Assembly (NCBI GenBank): GCA_036504355.1
Contig: DASXVG010000083.1
Coordinates: forward strand, 8,902-72,901
Direction: 5' to 3'
DNA length: 64,000 nucleotides
Source: Candidatus Limnocylindrales bacterium
GTDB taxonomy: Bacteria; Chloroflexota; Limnocylindria; Limnocylindrales; CSP1-4
Part shown: positions 63,103 through 64,000 of the stretch, piece by piece
How the letters are laid out: each line of letters opens with the position of its first letter
Numbering within the stretch: the stretch's first letter is position 1
Position numbers and translations under genes: made by a program
The notes under the pieces: model-generated
The model's input: the letters and a program-made list of their open reading frames with translations, nothing else
What the model was told of the DNA's origin: nothing
Databases searched by the model: none

Positions 63103-64000
63103 ACAGCCTGCCCAACATCCGCGCGATCGCCCGACGTGAGCTGACCGTGCGCCTGCGCACCCGGGCGTTCCGGTTCGGGACGCTCGTGCTGCTGGCCGGC
63201 GTGCTCGCGATCGCGTTCGCCCCCCTCATCGTGCGGGCGATCGAGGGATCCACCACCGAGCGGATCGCCGTCGTCGACGCAAGCGGGCTGGCGGCCGACC
63301 CGGTGGCGACCCTGGACGCGATCCTCGCGCCGCCTGGCGGCGACCCGGACACGGCGATCCTCGTGACGGCGGTTCCGACGCTGGACGCCGGGCTGGGTGG
63401 GGAACGCGACGGCACCTACGTCGGTGTCCTGACCATCCGGCGCGCCGCCTCGGGCGAGCTCGAGTTCCGGTTGTACACGGACGAGCGGCCGGCGAATCGC
63501 ATCCCGCAGCTGATCGCCCAGGCGGCTGCGACCCTCACCGCGCAGGATCGCCTCGTGCGGCTCGGCGTCGGACCCGCGGCGCAGGCATCCCTGTTCGCGG
63601 GCACCGACTTCTCCGTCGAGGGCACCGACCCGGAGCGGGCAAGTGCCCCGGCATCGGTCGTGGAGGAGGGAGCTCAGGTCATGCTGGGCTTCGGGCTCAC
63701 GATCCTGATCTTCATGATGATCCTGCTCTATGGGAACTGGGTCGCCATGAGCGTCGTGGAGGAGAAGTCGTCGCGCGTCATGGAGGTCATCCTCAACGCC
63801 GCGACGCCGTTCCAGCTGCTGTCCGGGAAGGTGCTCGGCGTCGGCGGGGCTGCGGCCGTCCAGTACGCCGCGATCCTCCTGGTCGGCGGCATCGCCCTTG
63901 CCGTGCAGGACCCCGTGAGCTCGCTCGTGCTCGGCCAGAGTGCGAGCACGCTGGCGTTGCCAGAGGGGCTGACGATCGGCGTGCTGCTCATGTTCGTGAT
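63099..64000 (+). CDS. ABC-2 type permease (NatB-like), 3' end beyond the window
   Basis: ATG overlaps the ATPase stop (ATGA). An N-terminal TM helix is followed by a large extracytoplasmic loop and then ...YGNWVAMSVVEEKSSRVMEVIL... Not in the ORF track because no stop is reached. Confidence 0.8.
   Translation, partial: MNSLPNIRAIARRELTVRLRTRAFRFGTLVLLAGVLAIAFAPLIVRAIEGSTTERIAVVDASGLAADPVATLDAILAPPGGDPDTAILVTAVPTLDAGLGGERDGTYVGVLTIRRAASGELEFRLYTDERPANRIPQLIAQAAATLTAQDRLVRLGVGPAAQASLFAGTDFSVEGTDPERASAPASVVEEGAQVMLGFGLTILIFMMILLYGNWVAMSVVEEKSSRVMEVILNAATPFQLLSGKVLGVGGAAAVQYAAILLVGGIALAVQDPVSSLVLGQSASTLALPEGLTIGVLLMFV

Overview
64-kb bacterial chromosomal segment, very GC-rich (about 70% by eye, not computed). 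It is densely packed: about 60 credible protein genes and one tRNA. I saw no rRNA, CRISPR, transposase, integrase or phage genes. Gene content and syntax fit an Actinomycetota-like high-GC lineage, and I cannot place it more precisely without a database search. The supporting features are an OpcA-containing pentose-phosphate cluster, an LLM/F420-type oxidoreductase, comEA-comEC-holA and obg-nadD-rsfS synteny, and many TANNNT-6/7-ATG leaderless-looking starts. Because of the GC content, almost every real gene is shadowed by long stop-free ORFs in other frames. Calls were therefore made from recognisable protein motifs, third-codon-position GC bias, SD/start context and gene junctions. Left to right the window holds: a membrane-anchored SMC/SbcC/YhaN-like ATPase; DMT transporter; YciI; a stand-alone Pnkp-like polynucleotide kinase divergent from photolyase; MFS; CorA; a 0.6-kb repeat-rich convergent spacer; citrate synthase; a frameshifted alpha/beta hydrolase; a minus-strand pentose-phosphate supercluster tkt-rpiB-gnd-zwf-opcA-pgl; PfkB kinase, S9 peptidase, PsuG; TetR plus an ABC exporter (one ATPase, two ABC-2 permeases) plus two unknown proteins; DMT plus MtnX-like HAD; nitroreductase; an ECF sigma / membrane beta-propeller / PD40 lipoprotein module followed by about 1.8 kb of decayed paralogous remnants; pyrG; rho; LysM-M23 peptidase; obg-nadD-rsfS; an orphan YgiT-type zinc-finger ORF; holA-HD-comEC-comEA; a cluster of small unknown genes with a three-blade Trp-rich propeller protein and a CGNR zinc-finger regulator; LLM oxidoreductase; cupin-leuS; tRNA-Ala(GGC); an orphan CpaF-type ATPase fused in frame to a RidA-like domain; D-aminoacylase; YgjP/M48-like peptidase; a lipoprotein; and a NatAB-like ABC exporter that runs off the window. 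Best follow-up candidates: (1) the orphan CpaF-RidA fusion; (2) the SD-chained small-protein / three-blade propeller operon facing a CGNR regulator across repeated GGTAACC sites; (3) the ECF-sigma module with its duplicated leaderless GGGACA-N16/17-ATCTA promoter and adjacent gene-decay zone; (4) comEC lacking a stop until 290 nt into the next gene; (5) the repeat-rich corA/citrate-synthase spacer. All functional names come from motif recognition by eye. No HMM or BLAST search was run.
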